DNA from: Planktothrix sp. GU0601_MAG3
GTDB taxonomy: Bacteria > Cyanobacteriota > Cyanobacteriia > Cyanobacteriales > Microcoleaceae
Assembly: GCA_035193785.1 (NCBI GenBank)
Contig: CP136572.1
Location: forward strand, 3,668,578-3,732,577
Reading direction: 5' to 3'
Length of the DNA stretch: 64,000 nucleotides
The translations under genes and the position numbers were made by a program. A model generated the notes under the pieces. It made no database searches, was not told where the DNA came from, and worked only from the letters and a program-made list of their open reading frames with translations. This document shows positions 60,937 through 64,000 of this stretch, piece after piece (positions within the stretch are counted from its first letter, which is position 1; the number at the start of each line of letters is the position of its first letter).

Positions 60937-63081
60937 TTAGATTTCGTCCCAACCACTGACGCCTGAAGACATCACATAACTGGTGACGCTGGCTTCAAAG
61001 AAATTGGCTTTAGTATGGGCTTCTTTTTTAGTATCCGAGAAGCGTTTCTAAATGGGTATAGGGACTTTTACTGTACTTTTTATCGGTATAAAGAGGCTCT
61101 AAACCGATAGACCGTAACCGAATATTGGCTAGATATTTGGTGTATTGTTCCGTACTATATTCCGTGATTCCCAGGATATTATTTCCCACAATATGATTCG
61201 TCCATTTACATTCATGTTCAACGGCGGTATTGAACATTTCGTAAATCTGATCAACCGAATGGGTAAACACTTGCATGGCTTCAGGAATTAATTTCTGGAA
61301 TAACCGCACATGACTCAATTCGTCCCTATTAATCATTTTGAAGATATCAGCAGATCCCGGCATTAACATCCGTGAAGCTAAATTGTAGAAGTAGATAACG
61401 CTACTACCCATCCTTTCAGTAGGGGCTAGAACATACCATTATCTTTAACCTTGTGCCCTTTCCGAGAATCAACCGATCTAATCGGATAACATTCTTTAGG
61501 TAATGGACTGATGTTGTATGTACCATTATTAATTTTTCTTAAAACGGCTTCACTTGACCACCCATATCTTTCAGTAATTTGTTTAAAAGATAGTGTCTGA
61601 TCACGCAGCAATTCATAAATCTGGTGAATATCATTCTCAGAAAGTTTTTTCCTTTTAATAGTCCGCTTTCTCAAGGGATACTCGGCAGATTCATCTAGCC
61701 ATGCGCGACCAAGATTTATATCAGCGATTGCATCAGGTGAGATACTGTACATATCAGCAATTTCTAGGAATTTAAGATTTGTACTGATAATTAAATCTTT
61801 AATCTCCCAAATATTGTGTTCCGTTAGTTTCTCATTTCCATTAAAAATGACTTGATTATAGCCATTGACTGTAGATTGAAAAAAATGAATCCAGTGTGAC
61901 TCTCTTTTTCTCAAATCACGACAGGGGATGTTATCTTCAATAACACAAAAAGAAAAATCCTTAATGTCTTTTTTCATATCATCATATAGGTCTGTTTTAA
62001 TTTGCCCTATACTACGGATATGTTGCGCCAGTCTATTGCCAAAATTAATCGTTGTGCAACCGATATAAATCTTGCCGTTTTTAAGATTTTTAATCTGATA
62101 GACAACACCTGTTAAACTTGCCATACAGATCACTATTAAATCAGATGATACATCCATTATAAAAGTCAATCCCCTTATGGTCAAGTCGGTTAAAGATACT
62201 CACCCTCTGTTCGTTGAACCTTCTCCTTTTATGAGGAGCTTGGCTGCTGATTGCCCATTGTAAAGATTAGATCCCTTGCGGCTTCCAATCAATCCTTTAA
62301 CTTTTTTCTGCTCTCGCACCTGGTGCGCTAATCATTTCTAATTTCGCTTTGGTATAAAGGCTTTAGGGGGTTCCAGCAATTTGATGAGTTTTCACTAACA
62401 TCTCGCGGTGCTAGGGGGCCACTAATTTAACCCATTATAGAAGTAAATCCCTTCTAACATATAGTCTGCTAAGAGGGAAATAAAGTAATTTTCCAGGGTG
62501 GGATTATCCATATATTGTTGATAAATTCCGGCAATGAATTCACAGCGATCGCGCAAAACACTATCGGTTTTCCAAAACTCATAAACAAAGGTTCTCCGAT
62601 CGGATGGAATAATCGTTTCAATCATGTATTGATAACTCTGATTGTGCATCGCCTCCTGAGAAGTTTGTTCCGCCATACAAAGACTAATTTCTGGGGCAGT
62701 TACACAACTTTTTAGATGAGGAATATTGCAGGTTTGAACAGAATCTAAGAACGTTAAATAACTTAAAATTCCATCAAATGCCCAACGTTCATCGGGAGTT
62801 AAGTTAACATAATCCACGACATCCTGAGTAATATCTAATTTTTCAGGTACCCAGAAATTCTCGCGCATTTGTTTATACAAACCCACGGCCCAGGAATACC
62901 GCACATCATTTAATTGCATTAAATTTGTGGTTTCCCCAAACCAAATAGAACGATGATTAATATCATCATTTCCATTCGGATTAAAAATCGGATTTATGGG
63001 CATAGTTAAAGGCTTTCTATGCCCATTTTTGTCCCTTGCTGCGGATGAAGCAAAGTCTAAGGTCATACTGCTAAAATCCAT
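60937..63081 (-). CDS. nrdB: Class I ribonucleotide reductase beta subunit; exons 63081-62430 and 61398-60937, plus +1 error at 61044-61048
   Basis: FWVPE, EAMH, spliced junction EGIYFYNG|FIYFYNLASR, RDELSH; corrected C-terminus ...NFFEASVTSY...GWDEI*. Confidence 0.92.
61399..62429 (-). mobile_element. Group I intron in nrdB (1031 nt)
   Basis: Exon ends in U paired in P1 (GGGU/GCCC), terminal G at 61399; P AAATTGCTGGAA 62382-62371, Q AATCAGCAG 62252-62244, R GTTCAACGAACAG 62219-62207, S ATGGTATGTTC 61439-61429 (P7 GAACA/UGUUC). Confidence 0.92.
61426..62184 (-). CDS. Intron-encoded GIY-YIG homing endonuclease
   Basis: VVYQIKNLKNGKIYIG...R...H...E...GYN, then repeated HTH-like modules; the true start is probably a downstream ATG. 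Confidence 0.88.
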   Translation of the reverse strand: MTIRGLTFIMDVSSDLIVICMASLTGVVYQIKNLKNGKIYIGCTTINFGNRLAQHIRSIGQIKTDLYDDMKKDIKDFSFCVIEDNIPCRDLRKRESHWIHFFQSTVNGYNQVIFNGNEKLTEHNIWEIKDLIISTNLKFLEIADMYSISPDAIADINLGRAWLDESAEYPLRKRTIKRKKLSENDIHQIYELLRDQTLSFKQITERYGWSSEAVLRKINNGTYNISPLPKECYPIRSVDSRKGHKVKDNGMF

Positions 63082-63132
63082 AATTTTCTCCTACCAGTAT
63101 GACATAGTTCTATAAAGTTGGTCTGTTAGCCT

Positions 63133-64000
63133 TTAATTTGCACAGGCAACGCAACCATCATCGGCTTCTTTAAAACTATCGCGCTGCACGGTTCTGACAT
63201 AATAAACAGCCTTACAGCCTTCTTGCCAAGCTAAGACTAAGGTATCAAAAATATCCTTAGCTTTGATAGCGCGATCTGGTTCATCTGGAAAATAAACTCC
63301 CTCGTTTAAATTAAACATTAATTCCATGGAAATTCCGGTATCAATCCACTTTTGAACTGTAGCAACAGCCTTGACAACAATTTGTTGATTGAGGCTTTTA
63401 TTTTCTGGGTAAAACCAAAAATGATCCTGAAGAAATGGGGGAGCAATGGGAACGGTTCCCTTCGCCCATTTATCATAGAAAAAACGACTATAACAGGGTA
63501 AAATACTAGCGGTACATCCTTGAACTAAGGAAGAAGATGTGTTCGGAGCGATCGCGGTAATATGAGAATTCCGAATCCCATATTTTTGAATATCTAAACT
63601 CAATTGTTGCCAGCGTTCTTTCCGGGCAGCGTGTTGCAAAAACCACTCTACGGGTTTCGCCCCAATTAACTTTCCTTGACTCCAAGCACTGCCTTGAAAA
63701 GCCGGATAATAGCCCCGTTCCTTTGCCAGTTCCATCGAGGTTTTGGTACAATAGAAACCAATATCTTCAAACAGATGACTAATTTCGGTTAAATGGTTAT
63801 AGGTTAATCGACGTTTGGCTAACCAATCAGCTAACCCCATCGCCCCTACCCCAATCGTCCGATATTTTTGGTTATGGGTTTTACTAGCTGCAAAAGGCGT
63901 GTTAGTAATTTCGATAGTATTATCTAACATCCGCACTGCAATTTCACAGACTTCCGGGAGTTCTTCTTGTTCAATATTAGCTAAGTTTAAAGAATCTAAA
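63133..64000 (-). CDS. nrdA: Class I ribonucleotide reductase alpha subunit (3' part; continues beyond the window)
   Basis: IGVGAMGLAD, IRNSHITAIAPNTSSS, VQKWIDTGIS, KAVYYVRT, C-terminal CVAC. Confidence 0.93.
   Translation of the reverse strand, partial: LDSLNLANIEQEELPEVCEIAVRMLDNTIEITNTPFAASKTHNQKYRTIGVGAMGLADWLAKRRLTYNHLTEISHLFEDIGFYCTKTSMELAKERGYYPAFQGSAWSQGKLIGAKPVEWFLQHAARKERWQQLSLDIQKYGIRNSHITAIAPNTSSSLVQGCTASILPCYSRFFYDKWAKGTVPIAPPFLQDHFWFYPENKSLNQQIVVKAVATVQKWIDTGISMELMFNLNEGVYFPDEPDRAIKAKDIFDTLVLAWQEGCKAVYYVRTVQRDSFKEADDGCVACAN

Noticed and set aside
60800..60952. N-terminal extension of the 2OG-Fe(II) oxygenase ORF
   Set aside because: It overlaps the corrected nrdB 3' end and a REP palindrome; ATG 60799 is more plausible
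61426..62184. Intein or free-standing endonuclease splitting nrdB
   Set aside because: An in-frame stop follows exon 1, there are no intein terminal residues, and the group I core elements are present

Overview
Chromosomal window from a filamentous cyanobacterium. HIP1 GCGATCGC sites, heptamer STRR repeats, psaC and kaiA show this; an Oscillatoriales/Planktothrix-like identity is my inference. Most of it is housekeeping: ftsH, a multicopper oxidase, bioU, ureEFGDA, htrA, cry-DASH, glmS, psaC, kaiA, an rRNA operon, dxr, histidine kinases, coaX, tRNA-Leu, a Gld-type ABC transporter, a type II R-M pair and nrdAB. Highlights: (1) an IS200/IS605 element (52580-56465) whose intact TnpB nuclease gene and predicted omega/reRNA scaffold are split by a complete RT-HNH group II intron with EBS1/EBS2 matched to that site, so full-length TnpB and probably its guide RNA depend on splicing; (2) all 20 frameshifts/indels I could resolve (including one in 23S rRNA) are the same event, GAAC->GAAAC (GTTC->GTTTC), which looks like a basecalling footprint of a DNA modification at GAAC/GTTC, the known Dnd phosphorothioate motif; (3) a group I intron with a GIY-YIG homing endonuclease in chromosomal nrdB; (4) an rRNA operon with no ITS tRNAs and no linked 5S, converging on a kaiA that has no kaiBC after it; (5) GTAG-type REP arrays inside the urease cluster and a tRNA-Leu overlapping a protease C-terminus. 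All calls are by eye, without database searches.
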